Notes: a model not told the origin generated them from the sequence alone. A stretch of 62,031 nt of DNA from Alphaproteobacteria bacterium (GCA_045106055.1 JBGCED010000007.1:1-62031), one strand, 5' to 3'; positions 11,289 through 20,606 are shown, numbered from the stretch's first letter. Numbers and translations: made by a program.

Positions 11289-11882
11289 ATGTTATCGGTG
11301 AAGCGCAGGGAATTTCCCATACAAAAACCGCATATTTATGATATGGCACTGGCGGCTGAGAAAAATGCCGATTACGCACAAGCAGAGCAGCTATACCGCA
11401 TGATTATTTTGGGCGAAGAGCAGCATATTCCTGCATTGATCGGGCTTAGTCGGTCTCATTTTGCCCAGCAATTCTGGCTTGAATCCATGATTTTACTGGA
11501 TTACATATTATCAATTGATCCAGCCCATCAAGAGGCTGCGGCGTTAAGGGGCGATATTCTAAAAATTTATCGCCAGCAAGGCATTGAAATTGATCAATTG
11601 CCACCAGAAGGGAGTGTGGTCTCAGCAAGCAATAAGCAAGTGCAAGCCCCGCCCATCACACCCCCACCCATCACACCCCCGCCCATCACACCCGCACCCA
11701 TCACACCCCCACCCATCACGCCCCCGCCCATCACGCCCCCGCCCATCACGCCCGCACCCGCAGCACTAATGCCACTGCCAATCATGCCCGCTTCGCATCC
11801 CCCAAAAGCAGATAAAGAACAGCCAGCAGACGCGCCACCAGATGCACCAAAAAAACGCACACGATTGCGGGATGATTTTTAA
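11289..11882 (+). CDS. TPR-like protein with proline-rich PPITP tandem repeats
   Basis: N-terminal TPR-like helices (AEQLYRMIILG...), then about 7.5 copies of P-P-I-T-P, then a basic tail; the start is uncertain. Confidence 0.5.
   Translation: MLSVKRREFPIQKPHIYDMALAAEKNADYAQAEQLYRMIILGEEQHIPALIGLSRSHFAQQFWLESMILLDYILSIDPAHQEAAALRGDILKIYRQQGIEIDQLPPEGSVVSASNKQVQAPPITPPPITPPPITPAPITPPPITPPPITPPPITPAPAALMPLPIMPASHPPKADKEQPADAPPDAPKKRTRLRDDF
11647..11759 (+). repeat. 15-bp in-frame tandem repeat (about 7.5 units) encoding (P/A)PITP
   Basis: Direct reading: cccatcacacccccr repeated head-to-tail with only third-position or Pro/Ala changes. Confidence 0.9.
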
Positions 11883-12830
11883 ATGGATGAATTGTTGAAA
11901 TGGCTTAAAGCCTTGGGCGAGATTAGCCGATTGCGTTTGGTTGCCTTGCTGCATGAAGGGGGGGAGCGCCCCGTAAACGAGCTTGTGCGGATTATGGGAC
12001 AGTCGCAGCCCCGCGTATCGCATCATTTAAAAAGCCTTTCAGATGCAGGCATTGTCGAGCGCTATTCAGAAGGCGCATTCGTATTTTACCGCCTATCTTC
12101 TGGCGCAGCAGGGGAGTTTGTGCGTAAGATTTTACAAGCGCAAGGAACGGATTTTCTTGAAGCCAAAGATCGCCGCGCTTTGGAAAATCAAATGGAGGCA
12201 CAAAATGCAGCTGCCACCCATTATTTTGATCAGCACGCCGAAGAATGGGACCGCTTGCGCGCAGGGCAGATTGACGAAGATGCGGTGAATAAAGCCATTT
12301 TTCCTTTAATTAAGCCTTATTTTCCGATTGAGAAATTTCTTGATGTTGGAACGGGGGCAGGGGCAATGTTGCAGCTGCTTGCGCCTTATGTCAAAGCGGG
12401 GGAGGGGGTTGATCTATCGCGTCCAATGCTTGAACTTGCCCGCGCTAGATTGGCGATGAACGGTGATCATCATTGCAGAGTGCGCCAAGCTGATATGCAC
12501 CATATGGGCTATGAAGATGATTATTTTCAGCTGGTCATTATGAATCTGGTGCTGCATTTTTCCGACCAACCAGAGCGCGCGGTAAAAGAGGCAGCGCGGG
12601 TGCTTGCCCAAGATGGCATTTTTATCATTACTGATTTTGCGCCCCACCAGCAAGAAACATTACGCCAATCCCAAACCCATCGCTGGCTTGGCTTTTCACA
12701 AGAACAAATTTCAATGCTGTGCCGCGATTTGCCTGTATCCTTGCTGCATGCACTGCGCCTTGATCCGCAGCCCAATAGCACCCAGCTGCCCATCCATGTG
12801 ATGCTGTTCAAAAAACATGCTTCAGCTTAA
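11883..12830 (+). CDS. ArsR/SmtB-family HTH regulator fused to class I SAM-dependent methyltransferase
   Basis: N-terminal wHTH (ELVRIMGQSQPRVSHHLKSLSDAGIV); methyltransferase motif I LDVGTGAGA; start codon directly abuts the upstream stop. Confidence 0.8.
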   Translation: MDELLKWLKALGEISRLRLVALLHEGGERPVNELVRIMGQSQPRVSHHLKSLSDAGIVERYSEGAFVFYRLSSGAAGEFVRKILQAQGTDFLEAKDRRALENQMEAQNAAATHYFDQHAEEWDRLRAGQIDEDAVNKAIFPLIKPYFPIEKFLDVGTGAGAMLQLLAPYVKAGEGVDLSRPMLELARARLAMNGDHHCRVRQADMHHMGYEDDYFQLVIMNLVLHFSDQPERAVKEAARVLAQDGIFIITDFAPHQQETLRQSQTHRWLGFSQEQISMLCRDLPVSLLHALRLDPQPNSTQLPIHVMLFKKHASA

Positions 12831-12840
12831 ATTATCGGGC

Positions 12841-13440
12841 TTATGCTTTATAATATAGATCGGGTTCAAGATGATTTTGAATGGCATTTTGCGCATTTTT
12901 AACATCATTTTGCTGCGCACGCGCCCTTGCTGCGCCTGGATCAAGCCCATGGTCAAGCCAGCGCTTTATGCAGCGCGCCTCAACCATTTCCAGCGAAACA
13001 TCCACCCATACAGATAATGTCCAAAACGGCAATAAATCAGACCAAGGCGGTGCATTATGCAGCAGATAATTGCCTTCAACAATGATCAATCTTTGATTGG
13101 TGATTTCTATTGCGCCCGCGCGGGATAGGTCCAAATCGCGGTCAAATTCAGGCACAAAAACAGCTTGTTCAGCGCTTATTTTCTTTATGATTGCGGCAAA
13201 ACCAGCCGCATCAAAACTGTGAATCGCGCCCTTTTCATCAAGCTGCCCGCGTGCTTTTAAAATGCGATTATCAAGATGAAAGCCGTCCATTGGCACGATT
13301 GCACATCCATATTCAGAAAAATGCGCCGCGATTTGCTGTGACAGAGTGGATTTTCCTGCAGCGGGCGGGCCTGAAAGCGCAAGCATTACGCGCTGATGAT
13401 AATTAAGCGCATTTGCAATCGGGGCAATAAGCGGCTTCAT
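12841..13440 (-). CDS. P-loop nucleoside/nucleotide kinase family protein (uridine kinase / FrcK-like)
   Basis: Walker A GPPAAGKST, PMDGFH motif, about 200 aa; 4-nt overlap with the upstream DUF971 gene. Confidence 0.65.
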   Translation of the reverse strand: MKPLIAPIANALNYHQRVMLALSGPPAAGKSTLSQQIAAHFSEYGCAIVPMDGFHLDNRILKARGQLDEKGAIHSFDAAGFAAIIKKISAEQAVFVPEFDRDLDLSRAGAIEITNQRLIIVEGNYLLHNAPPWSDLLPFWTLSVWVDVSLEMVEARCIKRWLDHGLDPGAARARAQQNDVKNAQNAIQNHLEPDLYYKA

Positions 13441-13835
13441 TTTATGGATGGTGTTGCAAAGCGCGATTTTCCAGCTTCATCAAGTTCCGCCAGATAAAAA
13501 GCCCAGCGCGAATCATATTCTTCGCCCAATTTATAAAGATATTGCCAGCTAAAAATGCCGGTATCATGCAAATCATCAAACCCCAGCTTGATCGCATAAT
13601 TGCCCGTGGGTTCAATCGATATAATCTCAATTTTGGATTTGCCATCAACCAATTTACGCTGTTCGGGACTGTGACCTTGAACTTCAGCAGATGGGCTGTA
13701 AACGCGTAAATATTCCGCAGGATATTTATAAACCACGCCATTATCAAAGGTAACAATTAAATCGCGATCCGCTTTGACATAATTAATATCAACAGGCAAA
13801 TATTTGGTTGAAAAGCGGTTTGGATCGTCAGTCAT
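13437..13835 (-). CDS. DUF971 (gamma-butyrobetaine hydroxylase N-terminal-like) domain protein
   Basis: YLRVYSPSAEVQGH ... PTGNYAIKLGFDDLHDTGIFSWQYL pattern characteristic of DUF971. Confidence 0.7.
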   Translation of the reverse strand: MTDDPNRFSTKYLPVDINYVKADRDLIVTFDNGVVYKYPAEYLRVYSPSAEVQGHSPEQRKLVDGKSKIEIISIEPTGNYAIKLGFDDLHDTGIFSWQYLYKLGEEYDSRWAFYLAELDEAGKSRFATPSIK

Positions 13836-14737
13836 TATTCATTTGCAGATCGGTCAGGTTCAAGAATGTTCAGCAGCGGCACAGAAATAAAGTAAGAGGA
13901 ATAAGTTCCCACAAACACCCCAAACATCAGCGCAATTGAAAAGCCGCGCAAGACTTCCCCGCCAAAAACCACCAATGCAAGCAATGCAAGTTCGGTTGTT
14001 AGGCTGGTAATGATCGTACGCGATAAGGTTTGATTAACCGATTTATTCAACAAATCAGGCAGCAGCATTTTTCTATATTTGCGTAAATTTTCACGCACAC
14101 GGTCAAAAATAACCACCGTATCATTAATGGAATAGCCCGCAATCGTCAGCAACGCCGCGACAATCGCCAGATTAAACTCCATTCCCGTTAAGGCAAATAG
14201 CCCGATGGTTAAGATAATATCATGGAACAGGGTTGCAACCGCAGCCACACTAAATTGCCATTCAAAGCGAAACCATACATAAATCATAATTGCTGCCAAT
14301 GCCGATAAGGTTGCCCAAATTGCGGCGCTGCGCAATTCGCTGCCAATGGTTGGGCCAACAAATTCTATGCGGCGATATTCAATCACCAGATCATCAATCG
14401 CACGCTGGGCAATTTCAATCGCTTGTTGCTGGGTTGTTTCATCGCCTGTTTGGCGTTGCAGGCGGATTAAAATATCATTTTCTGCACCAAAGGTTTGCAG
14501 CGATATTTCACCCAAATCCAGCGATGAAAAGCGATCCCTAAAATCTTGTATATTGGTGTCGGGTTTTGCCAATACTTCAATCAATGAGCCGCCCAGAAAG
14601 TCAATTCCCAAATTAAGCCCCTTTCCAACCACCAGCCCCGCAGAGGCAAGCATTAAGATAAGCGATAGAGCAAGTGCGAATTTACGCCATTTCAAAAAGG
14701 GCAAATTAACATTATGGGGAATTAATTTTAACAACAT
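13835..14737 (-). CDS. secF: protein translocase subunit SecF
   Basis: 300 aa, six TM segments, GLNLGIDFLGG and INDTVVIFDRVRE motifs; downstream of secD. Confidence 0.92.
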   Translation of the reverse strand: MLLKLIPHNVNLPFLKWRKFALALSLILMLASAGLVVGKGLNLGIDFLGGSLIEVLAKPDTNIQDFRDRFSSLDLGEISLQTFGAENDILIRLQRQTGDETTQQQAIEIAQRAIDDLVIEYRRIEFVGPTIGSELRSAAIWATLSALAAIMIYVWFRFEWQFSVAAVATLFHDIILTIGLFALTGMEFNLAIVAALLTIAGYSINDTVVIFDRVRENLRKYRKMLLPDLLNKSVNQTLSRTIITSLTTELALLALVVFGGEVLRGFSIALMFGVFVGTYSSYFISVPLLNILEPDRSANE

Positions 14738-14760
14738 TTTTTGAAATGCCTGTAAGTTTA

Positions 14761-14823
14761 GCGGTCAAACATGACCTGTGGTTATTGCGGTCAAACATGA
14801 CCTTGTGGTTATTTGTGGTTATT
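14761..14823. repeat. tandem 26/27-bp direct repeat (2 full units plus a 10-bp partial) in the secD-secF spacer
   Basis: gcggtcaaacatgacc(t)tgtggttatt x2 followed by tgtggttatt; each unit contains the small palindrome GGTCA-tgtt-TGACC (read on the minus strand). Confidence 0.9.
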
Positions 14824-14828
14824 AACGA

Positions 14829-16397
14829 TCAAATATGAATTGTTTTGGGGCGCGTGCGCCGAAGCCAGCTTAACACAAACCATCTTGTCACCATGATCGC
14901 GGTAAACATGGAACTTAAAATCCCAATGCTTAGGGTAAGCGCAAAGCCTTTTAAGGGGCCGCTGCCAAAGGAAAATAGCAGGATTGCACCAATTAAAGTG
15001 GTCAAATTTGAATCAATGATCGTTGAAAAGGCTTGGCGATATCCCGTATCAATCGCATTTGATACATTATTGCGTAAATTTAATTCTTCGCGAATGCGTT
15101 CAAAAATCAGCACATTCGCATCCACCGCCATCCCAATGGTTAGCACCAGCCCTGCAATTCCAGGTAAGGTCAAGGTGATTTGCAGCGCGGTAATCACCGC
15201 CAAAATCAGCAGCATATTTGAAATAAGCGCGCATACGGCATAAATGCCAAAGCGTTTATAGCTGGCGATCATAAAGATGGAAACGGCAATGATTCCAATG
15301 ATGGCAGCAATGCGCCCCGCTTGGATGGAATCCGCGCCAAGCCCAGGCCCGACTGTGCGCTCTTCAATATAAATTAAGGGGGCGGGCAGCGCGCCAGCGC
15401 GTAATAATACCGCCAATTCTTCGGCTGTTTCCAGCGTGAAATTGCCTGAAATCAAGCTTGATCCCGTCAATATGGGTTCATTAACACGCGGTGCGCTGAT
15501 GACTTGATCATCAAGCACAATCGCAAGAAATCCGCCGACATTGGTGCGCGTCATCTCGCCAAAGGCGCGCCCGCCTGATGCATTAAAAGTGATGCTGACA
15601 ACCGCCTGACCATTATCAAAGGTGGATTGTGCATTTTCAAGGTCTTCGCCGCCAACAAAAGGCGTTCTTTCCATGACCAGATAGCGATTGGGATTGGATT
15701 GATCAGGCAAAATCACTTGATCTGCCTTTGGCGCGATTTGATCAACGCGATCAGCGGAAACTGTATCTTGCACAAGATGAAAGGTAAGCCGTGCCGTGGT
15801 GTTTAACAATGCTTTCAACGCGGAAGAATCCTGAATCCCTGGCACTTGCACTAAAATTCTATTTTCACCTTGGCGTTGGATCAAGGGTTCATTCGTGCCA
15901 AATTCATCCACCCTGCGCCTTACCACTTCAATCGATTGATTAAGGGCTTGGGTTTGAATATCAAGCTTGGTGGGTTCGTTAAATTCAAGCGTGATGCGCC
16001 CATTATTTTGATCAAGCAATAGGTTGGGATTAATATCGCGCGCAATATCGATGGTTTTGGAAATATCGCCTGCATTGGCAAGGGTAAATCCAAGAGTTTG
16101 TTGATCAATTAGAAAAGAATGGGCGCGAATGCGATTTTCACGAAAGGAACGCCGCAATTCGGTTTCGGTACTTGCCAATCTTGCTTCAAAGATTTTTTCA
16201 ATTTGCAATTCCAGCAGCAAATGCGCCCCGCCTTGCAAATCAAGTCCCAAATTAACAGTTTTTCCAGGCAGCCAGCTTGGCATATTATCAAAGACATTAT
16301 TTGTGGGTAAGAAATTTGGCAGACTGATCAGAATGCCCCATGCACAGACCACACTGACCAATATTTTCTTCCATAAAGGATAGTCAAGCATCCCCAA
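14829..16397 (-). CDS. secD: protein translocase subunit SecD
   Basis: 522 aa; large periplasmic loop plus C-terminal TM bundle with GMAVDANVLIFERIREE motif. Confidence 0.92.
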   Translation of the reverse strand: MGMLDYPLWKKILVSVVCAWGILISLPNFLPTNNVFDNMPSWLPGKTVNLGLDLQGGAHLLLELQIEKIFEARLASTETELRRSFRENRIRAHSFLIDQQTLGFTLANAGDISKTIDIARDINPNLLLDQNNGRITLEFNEPTKLDIQTQALNQSIEVVRRRVDEFGTNEPLIQRQGENRILVQVPGIQDSSALKALLNTTARLTFHLVQDTVSADRVDQIAPKADQVILPDQSNPNRYLVMERTPFVGGEDLENAQSTFDNGQAVVSITFNASGGRAFGEMTRTNVGGFLAIVLDDQVISAPRVNEPILTGSSLISGNFTLETAEELAVLLRAGALPAPLIYIEERTVGPGLGADSIQAGRIAAIIGIIAVSIFMIASYKRFGIYAVCALISNMLLILAVITALQITLTLPGIAGLVLTIGMAVDANVLIFERIREELNLRNNVSNAIDTGYRQAFSTIIDSNLTTLIGAILLFSFGSGPLKGFALTLSIGILSSMFTAIMVTRWFVLSWLRRTRPKTIHI

Positions 16398-16444
16398 AAT
16401 ATCCTTAATTTATAGTGATTAAGCTGAATGAATGATTGAAATGC

Positions 16445-16969
16445 TTATGATTTTGCCTTTGAATCGGCATCAGCTGCCTTATCATTGTCTTGATCATTGG
16501 TTTGGGAAGGTGCATCAATTTCAACCGCATCCACGGCTTCTTCTGCTTCACTGCTTTTGGCAGCTGCCGCAGGCTTGGCGCGCGTTTTTGCTGTTGCCGC
16601 TTTTCCCTTTGTTGATTTTGCAGAAGCCTTGCTTGGTGTTTTTGCAGCAGGCATTTTGGGGGCTTTATCCTTGTCAATCACATCCAGCAAGGTTTGCTTT
16701 AGAACGCGAACTTCAATGCCAGGGGCAAGTTCGACCAAGCAATCACTGTCACCATCAATGCGGGTTACACGCCCATACATCCCGCCAGCAAGCAGGATAT
16801 AATCCCCTTTTTGAACGGCATTGACTTTTTCCTTATGCGCTTTTTGCTTTTTTTGCTGCGGACGAATAAGCAGAAAGTAAAATACGACAAAGATTAAGAT
16901 TAGCGGTAAAAATGCGCTGATCAGATCGCCGCCACCGGCGGCTTGGGCATATGCAGGAGATATAAGCAT
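16445..16969 (-). CDS. yajC: preprotein translocase subunit YajC with long K/A-rich then acidic C-terminal tail
   Basis: N-terminal PLILIFVVFYFLLIRPQQKKQK and GGMYGRV core of YajC, followed by about 80 residues of low complexity. Confidence 0.85.
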   Translation of the reverse strand: MLISPAYAQAAGGGDLISAFLPLILIFVVFYFLLIRPQQKKQKAHKEKVNAVQKGDYILLAGGMYGRVTRIDGDSDCLVELAPGIEVRVLKQTLLDVIDKDKAPKMPAAKTPSKASAKSTKGKAATAKTRAKPAAAAKSSEAEEAVDAVEIDAPSQTNDQDNDKAADADSKAKS

Positions 16970-17272
16970 GGGATTTTTTAAAACCTTATATGAAATGTAA
17001 TTTTATGATATGATGCAGTTTTTAACCATAATCAGCTTAGTTTGCAATCATTATTTATAATGCTTTATGTTTGTTGAACTTGGGGCTTGTTCAATCGTAA
17101 AGAAGCGCACAAGCTTTCAAGCCCGCGACTGCGGGTCGCTGCCAGTGCAGCGCAGCTCCAGCGGCGCGTGAGCGTGCAAAATAGCGGCGCATAAAACAAA
17201 ACCACACTTGACGAAAGCCTTAATATCCACCATCATTATATAAACTATATTTATTAAGGGATATATGGTAAA

Positions 17273-17548
17273 ATGATGGATGCTATTGTGTTTTATACGC
17301 ATCAATTTGTAAAGAATTTGACGAAGGCAGGAATGCCTGAAGCGCAAGCTGAAATTATTGCCAATCAACAGCGTGATTTAATCGAAGAACGGCTTGCAAC
17401 CAAGCGTGACATGAAAGCGCTTGAGGTTACGCTTAAACGCGATATGCAAGAACTTGAAATGCGCTTGACGCGAGATTTTAAAATCTGGACAGGCAGCCTT
17501 GCCGTCGCGTTATTTGTTGCGCTGACGGCAATTAAGTATTTTGGCTGA
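17273..17548 (+). CDS. DUF1640-like coiled-coil protein with C-terminal TM anchor
   Basis: 91 aa; FDTHxFVKxLxxAGxxExQAE-type N-terminus, repeated K/R-D-M heptads, terminal hydrophobic helix. Confidence 0.55.
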   Translation: MMDAIVFYTHQFVKNLTKAGMPEAQAEIIANQQRDLIEERLATKRDMKALEVTLKRDMQELEMRLTRDFKIWTGSLAVALFVALTAIKYFG

Positions 17549-17550
17549 TT

Positions 17551-19053
17551 TTATTGGCTAATAATTTGTTGGCGCGCAATGCTGTGGGCGGATGGATGCA
17601 GATCAATCACGCATAGGCGATCTTGTATTTCGGGGTTAGGCATGCCATTTATACAATGCACCATCGCGGGTTTTCCGCCAATTTGGGGTAAGCTGCTGTC
17701 GGGAATTTCCGCTAACAATGCAGCGCCCTTATCGCTTTGATTTAACCAAATTTCAGCATTTAGCCAGCTTCCTGCACCCAATAGCGGGCTTGTCCCTGCT
17801 TGTGCGTAAAAGAACAGCCTTGTATCTTCATGGATGACAAGCGCAGGGGAAAGCGCGTAAAGCCCGATTGCCTCATCCGCCGTTGTTGGGGCTTCCATCA
17901 TAAAAATGCCCGTTTGTGCCATTAATTTACCCCCGCCATAAGGCGCACCAAGCGTGAAATCGCACGCGATGGTTAATCCTGTTTGATCAATCGCCACCAT
18001 TCCAGATGCACCATAAAGCGGAGGTTCTGGCGGTGAAACCGCGCCCCATTCTGGGGGATCATTAAAGATTAGGCGGCTTTGCGCGCTAAAGCTTTCTGGG
18101 GGATTTTCTGCCCATTTTAAATTATGATCAAGGCTTAGCGCCATTGCTTCGCGCGCCTTATCTTGGCGCTGTTCAAGCGCTAGATCATCATAATCAGGCA
18201 GGGCTTTAAGCAGATTAAAGGCTTGCGCTTGCGCAATGCCGCCAATCATGGGCGGGCGGGTCAGCAGCCATTCATAACGCCCGTTTAAATGGGTAAGCAC
18301 AGGCAAGAATTGCGGTAGGCTTTCGCGTAAATCAGCTTGATTCATTGTGCCATTTTCAGCTGCTATATCTTGCAATAAACGATGGGCAAGGCTGCCTTGA
18401 TAAAGTGCGCCCGCGCCATTTATTCTGATGTTGGCAAGGGTGGCTGCCAAGGCGGGCTGTCTTAACAAGCTTCCCTCTTTAAGCGCTGCGCCATCCTTGG
18501 AAGCAAACATGCTTTTTGCAGCCTTGTTGAATCCCGTAAAGCCTGATTGCGCAATCAGCGCAAGATCAACTGCATGGGCGCGGGGCAGTTTTACGCCAAG
18601 GCGGGCTAGCGTTTCAGCAGGATTAACCAAGCTGCGCCAGTCTTTTTTGCCATAGCGCGCGCTTAATGCTGCCATCGCACGGGGCAGCTGGGGGGTAAGA
18701 AATTTGCCATTATTCTTCATAACATCTTGAAAGCTGGGCAGGAAAAGCAGCATTTCATTCACATCAATTTGCGGATCATGGATCACGCATGCGCCCCCCG
18801 CGCCCAATGACACGCTGGAGGGTTTGGTCACGGATAACACAAATGCCATGGTGATGATCGCATCTGCGGCGCTTCCGCCTTGGGCAAGAATATTTTCGCC
18901 TGCCAATACCGCATGGGGTTCGTCTGCGGTAACCCCGCCATAAAAGCCCGATACAATCCCTGATTTTCCAAATTGATCTTGCTGTGCAAACCCGCAAGCG
19001 CTTAACATCACGCTAAGCCCAACCAGAACAGGTTTGATCAAACCTGTTTTCAT
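17551..19053 (-). CDS. gamma-glutamyltransferase-family lipoprotein (probably non-canonical; see findings)
   Basis: Lipobox LSAC after Met at 19053. N-terminal GGVTADEPHAVLAGENILAQGGSAADA and C-terminal IDQTG...FTLG...TGIFMM align with the GGT large and small subunits. Confidence 0.75.
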   Translation of the reverse strand: MKTGLIKPVLVGLSVMLSACGFAQQDQFGKSGIVSGFYGGVTADEPHAVLAGENILAQGGSAADAIITMAFVLSVTKPSSVSLGAGGACVIHDPQIDVNEMLLFLPSFQDVMKNNGKFLTPQLPRAMAALSARYGKKDWRSLVNPAETLARLGVKLPRAHAVDLALIAQSGFTGFNKAAKSMFASKDGAALKEGSLLRQPALAATLANIRINGAGALYQGSLAHRLLQDIAAENGTMNQADLRESLPQFLPVLTHLNGRYEWLLTRPPMIGGIAQAQAFNLLKALPDYDDLALEQRQDKAREAMALSLDHNLKWAENPPESFSAQSRLIFNDPPEWGAVSPPEPPLYGASGMVAIDQTGLTIACDFTLGAPYGGGKLMAQTGIFMMEAPTTADEAIGLYALSPALVIHEDTRLFFYAQAGTSPLLGAGSWLNAEIWLNQSDKGAALLAEIPDSSLPQIGGKPAMVHCINGMPNPEIQDRLCVIDLHPSAHSIARQQIISQ

Positions 19054-19206
19054 CCGATTATGCCCAAATAGGGGAGGTATAAAAGCAGCATGATGTTTGT
19101 AATTCATTTGTTTTTAGCCTATGTTGATAAGATCAAAGCGCGTTTAATATATCCATGCCATGTGCCGCGCCGTTTTTCAAGTGGGATACGCCTTAAAATA
19201 ACATTA

Positions 19207-20580
19207 ATGATGATGATGCCCTTTTACAAAAAAACCATTTTTCTATTGTTGGCGGCGTTTTTATGGCTGCAAATCGCGCATAAAGCAGGTGCCGCCAGCA
19301 TCAGCTTTATTCGCGATACGGAAATTGAAAATACCATTCGCCTATATTCAAAACCCATTTTTGAAGTGGCGGGGCTGGATTATAAGGCGGTTCAGGTATT
19401 TATCATCAATAATGATGAATTAAATGCGTTTGTAACCAATGGGCAGAAGATTTTTTTAAACACAGGCACGCTGCGCCATGCGGAATTACCCGAAGAGGTG
19501 ATTGGCGTGATCGCGCACGAGGTTGGGCATATCACAGGCGGGCATCTTGCCAAATTGCATGAAAGCATGGACCGCGCGAAAAAAGCAACCATTGCATCCT
19601 TATTGGTTGGTGTGCCGCTTGCGGTATTGTCGGGGCAGGCGGATATTGCGCTTGCTGCATCATCGCTTGGGCTTACTGTTGCCGAGCGCGATTTTCTTGC
19701 CTATAGCCGTGTTCAAGAGCAATCAGCGGATCAAGCCGGGGTTGAATTTATGAATAAGGCAGGGATTGACCCCAATGGGCTGACGCACTTTATGGAACGC
19801 TTAGACCGCAAATCAAGATTATATCAAGGCGCAGCCCCCGATCCTTACCAGCAAACCCACCCGCTAACCCAAGAACGCTTGGAATTTTTAGTGCATGAGG
19901 GCGCGCATTCAGCGGTGGCAGGGGAAAAAATGCCCGCCATCTATTATCATTTGCACGAAAGAATGCGGGTTAAATTAACCGCTTTTCTTGAACCCGCAGA
20001 AGTGGTTTTGCGCCAATATCCCATAAGTGATCAATCCTTATATGGCTATATGGCGCGCGCGATTGCCCATATGCGGCTTGCCCAATTTGATCAGGCAATT
20101 GATGCGATTAACATATTGATTGACCAGCATCCAGACGATCCTTTTTTAATTGAATTAAAGGGGGATATTTACCAAGATGCGGGGGAATTAACCAAAGCCG
20201 CAGAAGCTTATGCACAAGCGGTTGAATTGCTGCCATGGGCAGGTTTAATCCGTATTCAGCTTGCCGAAGCCCTGATCAGGCAGAATGATGAAACAAAACA
20301 TGCAAGCGCCCTGGAACAGCTTGAGGCGGCGCGCTTATATGAACCCAATTCCCCAACCTTATGGCGCAATTTTGGCATTATTTATGAACGCCAGGGCAAT
20401 ATGCCGCTGCTTACCCTAACCCTTGCTGAAACGGCGATTCGCACCAATGATGCAAAGCGCGCCAAACAGCAAGCTGAACGCGCGATTCAGCAGCTTCCCC
20501 GTCAATCGCCAGCATGGCAGCGCGCAAGGGATATTTTAAATCAAGCCAATCTTGCCTTAACAAATATGGGGCAACGCTGA
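19207..20580 (+). CDS. M48-family Zn metalloprotease with C-terminal TPR domain
   Basis: Signal peptide after Met cluster at 19207; HEXXH (HEVGH) plus downstream E (EQSADQAG); TPR-like C-terminal half. Confidence 0.85.
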   Translation: MMMMPFYKKTIFLLLAAFLWLQIAHKAGAASISFIRDTEIENTIRLYSKPIFEVAGLDYKAVQVFIINNDELNAFVTNGQKIFLNTGTLRHAELPEEVIGVIAHEVGHITGGHLAKLHESMDRAKKATIASLLVGVPLAVLSGQADIALAASSLGLTVAERDFLAYSRVQEQSADQAGVEFMNKAGIDPNGLTHFMERLDRKSRLYQGAAPDPYQQTHPLTQERLEFLVHEGAHSAVAGEKMPAIYYHLHERMRVKLTAFLEPAEVVLRQYPISDQSLYGYMARAIAHMRLAQFDQAIDAINILIDQHPDDPFLIELKGDIYQDAGELTKAAEAYAQAVELLPWAGLIRIQLAEALIRQNDETKHASALEQLEAARLYEPNSPTLWRNFGIIYERQGNMPLLTLTLAETAIRTNDAKRAKQQAERAIQQLPRQSPAWQRARDILNQANLALTNMGQR

Positions 20581-20589
20581 TTGTTTAAA
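20545..20589. repeat. att-like repeat, left copy (partial B half gccaatcttgcc, 16-nt spacer, A half aacgctgattgtttaaa), overlapping the M48 gene 3' end
   Basis: The 17-nt A half is identical to 21291..21307. Eleven of its 12 nt (gccaatcttgc) match the B halves at 21270..21289 and 21984..22003. Confidence 0.8.
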
Positions 20590-20606
20590 GTCAGCTATCA
20601 ACCCCT

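Noticed and set aside
11594-11860. Minus-strand 88-aa ORF encoding GGVMGG repeats
   Set aside because: It is the mirror image of the PPITP-coding 15-bp repeat. The plus-strand ORF has a credible N-terminal domain and operon context, and the minus-strand ORF does not.
14761-14823. Possible CRISPR array (also considered for 24820..24891)
   Set aside because: The repeats are directly adjacent with no unique spacers, comprise only 2-4 units, and have no cas genes nearby.
17117-17368. 83-aa minus-strand ORF overlapping the GC-rich hairpin element and the start of the DUF1640-like gene
   Set aside because: It has no motifs, overlaps a better-supported plus-strand gene, and has odd composition. 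The GC-rich part is better explained as a structured non-coding element.
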